From Coleofasciculus sp. B1-GNL1-01 (GTDB taxonomy: Bacteria > Cyanobacteriota > Cyanobacteriia > Cyanobacteriales > Coleofasciculaceae): a stretch of DNA of 64,000 bases. The notes below the pieces were generated by a model. The model made no database searches. It was not told where the DNA came from and saw only the letters and a program-made list of their open reading frames with translations. This document shows positions 39,511-47,445 of this stretch, one piece after another. A program made the position numbers and the translations under genes. The DNA lies in assembly GCA_040220235.1 (NCBI GenBank), contig JAVJTO010000013.1; one strand, given 5' to 3'. Each line of letters opens with the position of its first letter. The first letter of the stretch is position 1.

Positions 39511-41163
39511 TTAGCAAACCCTGCGGCTTTTTACCGCCAATTCGCTTTGCGGATCTTCTACTAAGATAACCGGGATAGAACTTACTTCTAGAACGGCTTG
39601 CGATACGGAACCGACTCGCACCTGTTGCCAACGTTGATGTCCCCGTTTTCCCATGACAATATCTGCCACTTGATACTCTTGCGCCACCCGAATAATTTCT
39701 TCTGGAATGGAACCCTTGATCGTGATAAATTTATAGCGAATATCACTGAGTAATCGTTGAGTGCGATCGCGCAGCTTTTCTATGTCCTCTATCTCATCAC
39801 TATTGATCACATGTAATACAATCACTTCACCATCCGTGCGTCGAGCAATACTGGCTACTTTCCTTAAAACCTCTGTCGCCAAGGGAGAGGTATCCACCGC
39901 CGCTAACAACACGGTATGAGTCACTACCGTTACTTTTGTTGGATCAACCTCTCCCCGTTCTAATAATTTTGGCGCAAACGTAGGAATCGCCCAAGCACCA
40001 ATGGGTGCTGTGGTCAAAATAGAAAGTGCTGCAATGGCTAAAATAATTTCTCCCCCTTCAATCCCCCTGGCTAAGGGAATCGCACCAATTGCCGCTTGAA
40101 CCGTTGCTTTTGCCATATTTCCCGGCAGCAAAAACAGCCGTTCTCGCCCTGTCCAATTACTTCCCACTGTCGAGAGATACCAACCCACGGGACGACCAAC
40201 AAGCAAGCCAATGGCTAACACTAAAAGTCCTGGTAAAATTGTATTCCTTAATACTTGCAGTTGAACACTAGCGCCCAATAAAACAAATAAAACAATCTCC
40301 GCCACAACCCAAAGGCTATCAAATCCACCGCGTAGGCGTCGAGCCAACGGTGCATCCAATTCAATCAAAAAGAACCCCATTCCCATAGCGGCTAAGTAGC
40401 CAGAGTAGGGCAATACTTTTTCTACAATCACCAATAACAACGCAATTCCAGCGGCAATTAAAACATCTTGAACCGTATTTTGGGTCCAGTTTTGTTCCGT
40501 TAATAGCGAGACGATTAAACGAGCCGCCACGTAGCCAATCAAGATACCCAGTCCGATTTCAAGGAATACTTGCAACGGTAGTAATTGCAACGCCGAAAGC
40601 GTAAATCCTCCAGGAAAGGTGAGGGTTTCAATTCCGCCCTGACCTAAAAAACTTAATAGTAAACTGAATAAAAGTAATAATAGAACATCAGATAAAGCAC
40701 TCCCTGTGAGAATGGTATCGGGAATTCCCTTCGTCACTCCCCAACCCAAACGTTTTAGCCGCAGCATTCCCGGAACAATTACCGCCGGAGATTCTGCGCC
40801 AATGATGCAACCTAAAAGTAATCCCGTGGGAACGTCAAACTGAAAAATCCAGATGGCGGCTAACGCGATCGCAATTGCTTCAAACCCCGCAGGCAAAAAG
40901 CCTAGCCGCAGCGCTACACTTCCCTGAGAAAGCAGCTTTTCCCGATCCAGCCCTAGTCCCGCCTTCATCAAGATAACCATCACGGCAACCGTTCGCAAAC
41001 TATCCGCCGCTTCCAGCACATCTGAACTGATCACATTGCCAACTTGTGGTCCGAGGACAATTCCCACCAAAATCATACCGATTAACGGTGGCGCACCTAA
41101 ACGACGGGCAATTTGACCCCCAAAAAAGCCCATCAATAAAATCCACAATGCGCTGGTTAACAT
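39511..41163 (-). CDS. Cation/proton antiporter (Na+/H+ exchanger family) fused to a C-terminal universal stress protein domain
   Basis: About 11-12 TM helices with Gly-rich packing motifs. The C-terminal ~140 aa (VLLAAVDTSPLA...VADIVMGKRGH...GSVSQAVLEVSSIPVILV) is UspA-like. Confidence 0.85.
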   Translation of the reverse strand: MLTSALWILLMGFFGGQIARRLGAPPLIGMILVGIVLGPQVGNVISSDVLEAADSLRTVAVMVILMKAGLGLDREKLLSQGSVALRLGFLPAGFEAIAIALAAIWIFQFDVPTGLLLGCIIGAESPAVIVPGMLRLKRLGWGVTKGIPDTILTGSALSDVLLLLLFSLLLSFLGQGGIETLTFPGGFTLSALQLLPLQVFLEIGLGILIGYVAARLIVSLLTEQNWTQNTVQDVLIAAGIALLLVIVEKVLPYSGYLAAMGMGFFLIELDAPLARRLRGGFDSLWVVAEIVLFVLLGASVQLQVLRNTILPGLLVLAIGLLVGRPVGWYLSTVGSNWTGRERLFLLPGNMAKATVQAAIGAIPLARGIEGGEIILAIAALSILTTAPIGAWAIPTFAPKLLERGEVDPTKVTVVTHTVLLAAVDTSPLATEVLRKVASIARRTDGEVIVLHVINSDEIEDIEKLRDRTQRLLSDIRYKFITIKGSIPEEIIRVAQEYQVADIVMGKRGHQRWQQVRVGSVSQAVLEVSSIPVILVEDPQSELAVKSRRVC

Positions 41164-41202
41164 GGAGGATTCTGGTTCTGAGGAAGGATAAGGGACGAAT
41201 AA

Positions 41203-41586
41203 TTAATTGGATTGACTATCACGACGCCCTAGTTCATAAACAGCGCCACTGATACAAGCCAGAAGCCCCATACTAATTGCCCAACTCGAACCCAGAGTGA
41301 GTTCAACACCCCAGTTGCAGCCAGCGCCAACGATTAAAAATGGCACAATGCTGAACAGGGAAGCATAGAAAGCATTTTGGGCTTCTCTTCCCCGACGAGT
41401 GCGTTCATATTCCTTCATGGAAGTGTAGAGCGATCGCTCGGCAAAGTTAAACCAGCGATTCAGTTGTTCCATGATCCAGTGGCTTAACGTCGAGAAGCCC
41501 CAGTACAGCGCTAGCGCCCACAACGATGCACCCGCGATCGCTGTCGTATTTAACTCGAATTGAAAGGGCAAAAGTTCAGTGATCAT
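41203..41586 (-). CDS. Small membrane protein, unknown function
   Basis: 127 aa with about three hydrophobic helices. It sits 39 nt upstream of the antiporter. Confidence 0.5.
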   Translation of the reverse strand: MITELLPFQFELNTTAIAGASLWALALYWGFSTLSHWIMEQLNRWFNFAERSLYTSMKEYERTRRGREAQNAFYASLFSIVPFLIVGAGCNWGVELTLGSSWAISMGLLACISGAVYELGRRDSQSN

Positions 41587-41676
41587 GAGTTGTTTGGTAA
41601 AATAGGGCGACTATTGACTCATTAATGTATCTTAACAAAAAGCAGTTTAACGGGTGAGAGGTAAGGTGCAAAGGTG

Positions 41677-41727
41677 CGGGGGAAGATGAGGAAGATGAGG
41701 GAGATGAGGGAGATAGGGGAGATGGAG
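41677..41727. repeat. 9-mer G-rich array (GAAGATGAG/GAGATGAGG)
   Basis: Period-9 repeat read directly. Confidence 0.85.
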
Positions 41728-41865
41728 CCGTTGTGATTTAACTCCAAACTCTACCTTACCCGATTGCCTATTGCCTATTCCCTGACAAATGACGAATGAC
41801 AAATCCCAGCTTGCGGCAAAATAGGTAAGTTAGACCCCATCAGTTTTAAATGTCAAGAAGAAACG

Positions 41866-42408
41866 ATGACTAATGCGAGCCAAAAACGAACCGAAAACAG
41901 CCCCAGTAAAAAAGCTGGGAAACGTTTAGCCATTGGAATAGGATTATTGATTGCACTTTTCGCGTGGATTGTAGATTTGCCTAGCGCGATCGCACAGGAG
42001 AATAGCGTCAACTATACGCTTACTGAATTACACTATCGAGATTTTTCTAATCAAAATTTAGAGGGAACCTCGTTTGCAGGTGCAGATCTACGCGGTGCCT
42101 CTTTTCGAGGCGCTTCTCTTCAAGGATCAATTCTCACCAAAGCGGCATTTTTTGAGGCGGATTTAACCGGAGCTAACCTGTCCGAGACTTTAGCCGATCG
42201 CGTTGTCTTTGACGGCGCTAATTTAACCAATGCTATTTTTACTAATGCTATTGCCAGTCGAAGCCGCTTTTTTGATACAACGATTACAGGGGCTGATTTT
42301 TCCGGTGCAATCCTTGACACCTATCAAATATCGTTAATGTGTCAATGGGCAGATGGCGTTAATCCTGTCACTGGCGTTTCCACGCGGGATAGTTTAGGGT
42401 GTCATTAA
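41866..42408 (+). CDS. Pentapeptide-repeat protein with an N-terminal signal/anchor (lumenal or periplasmic type)
   Basis: Hydrophobic N-terminus, then tandem A(D/N)LxG-type pentapeptides ([36 protein letters not shown]...). Confidence 0.85.
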   Translation: MTNASQKRTENSPSKKAGKRLAIGIGLLIALFAWIVDLPSAIAQENSVNYTLTELHYRDFSNQNLEGTSFAGADLRGASFRGASLQGSILTKAAFFEADLTGANLSETLADRVVFDGANLTNAIFTNAIASRSRFFDTTITGADFSGAILDTYQISLMCQWADGVNPVTGVSTRDSLGCH

Positions 42409-42410
42409 TT

Positions 42411-42635
42411 AGGGGCTGCTGAATAAGTGTTGTGGTAAGCTGTTCGGCATTTAAACCTTAATATCAATAACGGCGAAAGCCTTGTAGTGCGAGCATCTTG
42501 CTCGCTACTCGAGCATCTTGCTCGCTACTCGAGCATCTTGCTCGCTACTAATACCCAATTTAAATGCATGACAGCTTAAGGGGGAGTTGGGGGACACCTC
42601 GACTTACCTCGACTTCGCTCGGTAACACGAAAGTT
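42411..42635 (+). repeat. Short family-A-related element interrupted by a nested MITE-B copy
   Basis: AGGGGCTGCTGAATAAGTGTTGTGG (42,411-42,436) and ...CACCTCGACTTACCTCGACTTCGCTCGGTAACACG (42,578-42,635) together mirror 39,391-39,509. They are split by the complete MITE-B at 42,437-42,577. Confidence 0.7.
42437..42577 (+). mobile_element. MITE family B, copy 2, with an internal 20-mer x3 tandem expansion
   Basis: Same TIRs as copy 1. GAGCATCTTGCTCGCTACTC is repeated three times (42,491-42,550) where copy 1 has one unit. Confidence 0.8.
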
Positions 42636-43091
42636 TATTACTGGTACACCCCAACCCTCAAAGATTTTGTCTATTAAAAAACAACAGCAACGTTTACATT
42701 TCTGCCAGTAATTTCCTCGGCTGACACAATTGGTTTTAGAGTTGCGCTGACTTACCTCACACCTTTGAGTCGCATGGCTCCGTGTCTTTTAGTTGAGGAA
42801 ATATGAACAATACAGTTAATCGTTGCTGTTGTTTGTTGACGAGACAGATATTCGGGTATACAGATGGTTTGACCTCGTTATCGTTCAATATTGGAGTTAC
42901 ACTAGACTAGACTCGGTTATCTGTCAGGGAAGCTTTATGGCTTCACTTTATAACTTTACTCCGTTCTGGTTTTTGTGGACTAGCAATGATACAGAAGTTT
43001 GTTTATTGAAAAATAAGGTAATAAATCGATATAAGAGTTCACGGATCATCCAACTCTTGCCTAAATCCCTCCAGAGAAGCCGAAGTACGAT

Positions 43092-43222
43092 AGCTTACGC
43101 CGTTATGCATTTAAATGGGGTATTAGTAGCGAGCAAGATGCAAAGCCTTCGGCATGGCTTCGCTAAACGCACTACAAGGCTTTCGCCATTATTGACATTA
43201 AGGTTTATATGCCGAACAGCTT
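43092..43222 (-). mobile_element. MITE family B, copy 3 (reverse orientation)
   Basis: Reverse complement of copy 1 with a degenerate left TIR. It is followed by an ATTGCCY x4 heptamer array at 43,223-43,250. Confidence 0.75.
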
Positions 43223-43257
43223 ATTGCCCATTGCCTATTGCCCATTGCCTAGCGCGT

Positions 43258-43314
43258 AGCGCACTACAAGGATTGCGCCATTATTGACATTAAGGTTTAT
43301 ATGCCGAACAGCTT
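43258..43314 (-). mobile_element. MITE family B, partial copy 4
   Basis: It duplicates the last ~57 nt of copy 3. Its terminal ...CAGCTT runs into the ald stop codon (43,313-43,315). Confidence 0.7.
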
Positions 43315-44410
43315 ACACCTTCGCGTTACTTAAATCAGGAAAAACCTCCCGCACCGCTGAATGAACCAACTGATGATTCTGGACATTCACGCCCTTTGCC
43401 AACGCCACATCTGAGGCGACAGCCTTAATTCCTTCATTGGCTAACTTGAGGACATAGGGTAACGTACTATTATTGAGGGCTTGAGTCGAACTCCAAGGTA
43501 CAGCACCGGGCATATTGGGGACACCATAATGGACAACCCCTTCATCTATATAGGTGGGATTCGTGTGTGAGGTAGATTTCAAGGTTTCAATACATCCTCC
43601 CTGATCCACCGCCACATCAACAATTACAGCACCCGGATGCATTTGTTGCACCAAGCCACGAGGAACCAGAATTGGCGCTCGACGCCCCGGAACTAATACC
43701 GCCCCAATCAGCAAATCGGCTTGGGGAACGACGGCTTCAATTTGGGCTGAATTACTGTAAAGGAGTTCAACTCTGGAACCAAACAGGGTTTCTAAGTAGG
43801 CGAGACGTTCAACATTAATATCCAAAATCTGGACTTGAGCGCCCATTCCTACCGCTATTTTCGCCGCTTCTGTACCGACAACGCCACCCCCAAGAATCAC
43901 CACCTTACCGCGTCTCACCCCAGGAACACCTCCTAAAAGCACCCCGCGCCCACCTTGCTGGCGTTCCAGAAATCGAGCGCCAAATTGGACAGAAAGACGA
44001 CCCGCAATAATGCTCATTGGTGTCAGCAAGGGGAGGCGGCGATCTGGAAGTTCCACAGTTTCATAGGCGATCGCACAAACACCACTATCGATTAAACTTT
44101 CAGTCAATGGGCGATCCGCCGCCAAATGCAGGTAGGTAAACAGTAATTGTTCTTTCTGTAAATAGGGATACTCCGACGTTAGCGGTTCTTTCACCTTAAC
44201 CACCAGTTCCCGATTCCACGCCTCGGCTGCTGTGGCGACAATCTTAGCGCCACTATGCTGATAGTCTTCATCGGTAAAGCCAGCACCCGCCCCCGCCTGG
44301 GTTTCAATCCAAACCTGATGTCCTGCTTCCTGTAAGACGCGAACACTACTAGGACTTAAGCCGACTCGAAATTCTTGGTCTTTTGTCTCTTTGGGTACAC
44401 CGATTTCCAT
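43313..44410 (-). CDS. ald: Alanine dehydrogenase
   Basis: MEIGVPKETKDQEFRVGLSP N-terminus and the NAD Rossmann motif ILGGGVVGTEAAKIAVGMGAQV. 365 aa. Confidence 0.93.
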   Translation of the reverse strand: MEIGVPKETKDQEFRVGLSPSSVRVLQEAGHQVWIETQAGAGAGFTDEDYQHSGAKIVATAAEAWNRELVVKVKEPLTSEYPYLQKEQLLFTYLHLAADRPLTESLIDSGVCAIAYETVELPDRRLPLLTPMSIIAGRLSVQFGARFLERQQGGRGVLLGGVPGVRRGKVVILGGGVVGTEAAKIAVGMGAQVQILDINVERLAYLETLFGSRVELLYSNSAQIEAVVPQADLLIGAVLVPGRRAPILVPRGLVQQMHPGAVIVDVAVDQGGCIETLKSTSHTNPTYIDEGVVHYGVPNMPGAVPWSSTQALNNSTLPYVLKLANEGIKAVASDVALAKGVNVQNHQLVHSAVREVFPDLSNAKV

Positions 44411-44598
44411 CGTTTTCCTTTATGTCATGCAGTTTTCAGACGTTGTGCCATAAGAACTAAGCTTATACTCCTTGCGCGATCGCACAACACTGTTGTTGAA
44501 TTTGGTATCACTTAACTGTATTAATTCTGTCCTTGCTTGTTTAAATGTTAAACTTAGTAAAGAAATATAACTAAATCATTACACCATCCTTGGCAACT

Positions 44599-44769
44599 AT
44601 GACACAACCCCAACCCACAACCACTCCCCAACTCGCCGAACCTAAGTTCGGTTTCAATGAATATGCTGAACGTTTGAATGGTCGAGCCGCGATGATTGGC
44701 TTTGTCTTGACACTGGCTATTGAATATGCTACTGGTCAAGGACTGCTAAGTTGGCTAGGTTTGCAATAA
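44599..44769 (+). CDS. hli: High-light-inducible protein (HLIP, one-helix CAB family)
   Basis: My translation is [56 protein letters not shown], which contains the ExxNGRxAMxGF chlorophyll-binding motif. At 56 aa it falls below the ORF-track cut-off. Confidence 0.85.
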   Translation: MTQPQPTTTPQLAEPKFGFNEYAERLNGRAAMIGFVLTLAIEYATGQGLLSWLGLQ

Positions 44770-44802
44770 TACTCTGACTCTTACGTCTCACGTCAATTGT
44801 AG

Positions 44803-44867
44803 GTAGGGGCGGGTTTAGCCACTGAAGCTAGCTTACCTGCCTATAACGGATAAACAAAACCCGCCCT
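44803..44867. repeat. GGGCGGGTTT hairpin element
   Basis: GTAGGGGCGGGTTT ... AAAACCCGCCCT, 34 nt after the hli stop. Confidence 0.8.
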
Positions 44868-45004
44868 CCTCCACCCCTAACTGATTGCAACTATAGAGTA
44901 TTAGTGTTAAAGAATAATGGGTTGTCAGTTAATCTGTCGATTAATCGGATACCCTAGAAGTAGATTAAGCACTTACGTGGAATAGAGATAAATAGCAAAC
45001 CGTG

Positions 45005-45301
45005 ATGAATGCCTTAGGACCTCGATTCTGGAAGTTAGCCTACCGCAAAGAACCAATTTCTAGCTTTATTGTCACTGTCGGCGCTGTTGATGCCGTCATT
45101 GGTGGAGTTGGCGAACGCTGGTCACTGCTAACCTTTGGGTTAATGATGGTCATGTTAGCCGTTGGTATCCGCTGGTGGCAAAGCCAACGCCGCCAAACAG
45201 AACTGGCTGAACAACCTGTAACTCATCATTATCTGCCATCAAGTCCTTCCCGTCCACCCTTACCGATGCTCAGTACCAGCAAGCGTCATCCCCATCGCTG
45301 A
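45005..45301 (+). CDS. Small membrane protein, unknown function
   Basis: Two hydrophobic helices and a basic Pro-rich tail. Weak support. Confidence 0.4.
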   Translation: MNALGPRFWKLAYRKEPISSFIVTVGAVDAVIGGVGERWSLLTFGLMMVMLAVGIRWWQSQRRQTELAEQPVTHHYLPSSPSRPPLPMLSTSKRHPHR

Positions 45302-45363
45302 TCCGGTTTTGGTGCAAGTCGGGTGTAATTGATCGGAAACTCAGGGCGAGACAGGAAGGCGGA

Positions 45364-45798
45364 TTGGCGAGAATGACGAGCAAAACACCATTAGAGCGAT
45401 TGTATAAAATTGGCGAAGTTGCCAATCAAAGTGGATTATCCGTAAAAACGATTCGGTATTACGAAGAAGTGGGTTTACTGACGCCAACGACAACCCGTTC
45501 CGAATCAGGTTATCGCCTGTTTACCGAACAAACCCTGAATCGGTTAGCCTTTATCAAGCGATCGCAATCCCTCGGACTTAGCCTGAGTGAAATCCACGAA
45601 ATCCTCGAGGTTCACGACTCCGGGAAATTACCCTGTGGTGCAGTGAAGCAACACTTGCTGCATAAAGTCGAGGAAATTAACCAGCAAATTCAAGCCCTAG
45701 AACTACTCAAATCAGAGCTTATCGGCTTACTCTCAGGATGGCAAGAGCAACCGCCGCGCGATCGCGTCGCTCAAACGATCTGTCCCAACATTCAATAA
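45364..45798 (+). CDS. MerR-family transcriptional regulator
   Basis: HTH YKIGEVANQSGLSVKTIRYYEEVGLL, a coiled-coil dimerisation helix, and C-terminal Cys residues (LPCGAV, TICPN). The ORF-track start is TTG, and an ATG lies 9 nt downstream. Confidence 0.85.
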   Translation: MARMTSKTPLERLYKIGEVANQSGLSVKTIRYYEEVGLLTPTTTRSESGYRLFTEQTLNRLAFIKRSQSLGLSLSEIHEILEVHDSGKLPCGAVKQHLLHKVEEINQQIQALELLKSELIGLLSGWQEQPPRDRVAQTICPNIQ

Positions 45799-45810
45799 GT
45801 TCTGATAATT

Positions 45811-45859
45811 CCCTGTTCCCTGTTCCCTGTTCCCTGTTCCCTAACAAATGACAAATGAC
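45811..45859. repeat. Heptamer arrays (CCCTGTT x4, then AAATGAC units)
   Basis: Read directly. The start codon of the WD40 gene (45,848) lies inside a heptamer unit. Confidence 0.9.
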
Positions 45860-46978
45860 ATAAGGGCAGTTTTAATCGGAGTGATGATAGGTTTGGCGAC
45901 TATAAGCCATAAGGCAATAAGTCAGCCTTTACCTGTACCCGTTGCGCCGCCACCTCCGGAAAATCCTGCCCAACCGCCGCCTCCTACACCAACCAATCCA
46001 CTCAATCCCGATAATTTATCTCCACCTCAACCTCTCTCCTCTCCTGAAGCCTGGAGAAATCCGCGACTAATTTACACGTTGACAGGTCATAACACAGCCG
46101 TTGATTCATTGTTCTTTAGCCTCGATGGAACAATTCTAATTAGCGGCGGTAGTCATAACGATGGCAAAATTAAATTCTGGCAGCTAAAAACAGGTCGAGA
46201 AATCGATAGTCTGCGAGCGCAACGAACTTCAGTATCTGTCCTAGGCTTATCACCCGATGGAGAAACCTTGGTCAGTTCGGGTACAGATTCTGCGGTTAAT
46301 CTCTGGAACTGGAGAACCGGAGACTATATCCATCAGTTTCGTGATCATACCAGCAATGTTTTATCCTTGGCAATCACGCCAGATGGTCGCACCTTAGTCA
46401 CAGGTGCTTTAGATGGAATTCGACTATGGGATTTAACCAAACAACGTCGAATGTATACCTTAGCGCGTTTCGATAACCAGACCTATGGACTGGCGATTCA
46501 CCCCGATGGAGATATCCTGGCAAGTGGTCATAAGTTTGGTTCAATTAAACTTTGGAATGTAAAAACAGGACAGTCACTCAATCGGATTAGCGCCCATCGT
46601 GGTTCAGTTAATGCCTTGGTGTTTACACCCGATGGACAAACATTAGTCAGTGGTAGTTACGATCGCACGATTAAAATCTGGAATCTTAGAACGGGACAAT
46701 TAGCACGGACTCTTTCGGGACATACCGGGCGAGTCTGGGCTGTGGCGATTAATCCCGATGGTGAAACTCTCGCTAGCACCAGCCGTGACGGGGTGCGGTT
46801 ATGGAATTTAAGAACGGGTGAACTGTTAGCGTTACTGACAGCCCATGACGATTGGGTGCATTCCGTTGCCTTTAGTCCTGATGGTACACTCCTAGCAACA
46901 GGTGGATTTGATCGGCAAATCAGGATTTGGCAAATTTCTCCCGTGAGAGGTGAAGAGTTGGCACAAGGTTCTCAGTAG
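45848..46978 (+). CDS. WD40-repeat protein with an N-terminal anchor and Pro-rich linker
   Basis: Hydrophobic N-terminus and a PPPPENPAQPPPPTP linker. Seven WD repeats (e.g. SGSYDRTIKIWNL, ATGGFDRQIRIWQI). Confidence 0.85.
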   Translation: MTNDIRAVLIGVMIGLATISHKAISQPLPVPVAPPPPENPAQPPPPTPTNPLNPDNLSPPQPLSSPEAWRNPRLIYTLTGHNTAVDSLFFSLDGTILISGGSHNDGKIKFWQLKTGREIDSLRAQRTSVSVLGLSPDGETLVSSGTDSAVNLWNWRTGDYIHQFRDHTSNVLSLAITPDGRTLVTGALDGIRLWDLTKQRRMYTLARFDNQTYGLAIHPDGDILASGHKFGSIKLWNVKTGQSLNRISAHRGSVNALVFTPDGQTLVSGSYDRTIKIWNLRTGQLARTLSGHTGRVWAVAINPDGETLASTSRDGVRLWNLRTGELLALLTAHDDWVHSVAFSPDGTLLATGGFDRQIRIWQISPVRGEELAQGSQ

Positions 46979-47005
46979 GGGCTTGGTTACTAAGCCCTTA
47001 CTTCA

Positions 47006-47105
47006 CTGGGGAAGCTGGGGGAGCCAATGTAGAGACGTGCCATGGCACGTCTGGAAGCTGGGGGAGATAGTAGCTGTTCAGTTATTTCTGCCTTCTTGCA
47101 CTAGA
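47006..47105. repeat. Composite: 9-mer units, GTAGAGACGTGCCATGGCACGTCT palindrome, 9-mer units, and the core AGCTGTTCAGTTATTTCTGCCTTCTTGCACTAGA
   Basis: Read directly. It is the reverse complement of the composite at 7,842-7,988. ORF 46950..47150 is an artefact. Confidence 0.85.
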
Positions 47106-47445
47106 ATTTCTCCGGTACAGGCGTGTTCACTTAAAGGAAATCTAGTATAAACTAGAGGACAAAAGCGATAAAAGCTTAGCTTACTATAAAGCCAAGTTAA
47201 TCTTTGGAAAAGAAAAGCTAATCAGCCGGAGAAAAGGACGCTCACAGAAGACGCGATCGCGAATCATCCAAGGGTCTGTTGTAATTAAAACAGTAGACGG
47301 AAAAAGTCAAGCAAAATTCATTTTTATTCAGAAATAACCATCTGATCAGTAGGCTAAGTTACTTCTGTTCGTCCGTTTTGATGTCAAAACATTTAACCCT
47401 AGAACCTTGGTCTCTTGTTTCATTGATAATTCCGATAGTCTATCC

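Noticed and set aside
42823-43287. 154-aa ORF on the plus strand
   Set aside because: Its second half is a read-through of MITE-B copy 3 and the heptamer run. The first half is AT-rich with no motif.
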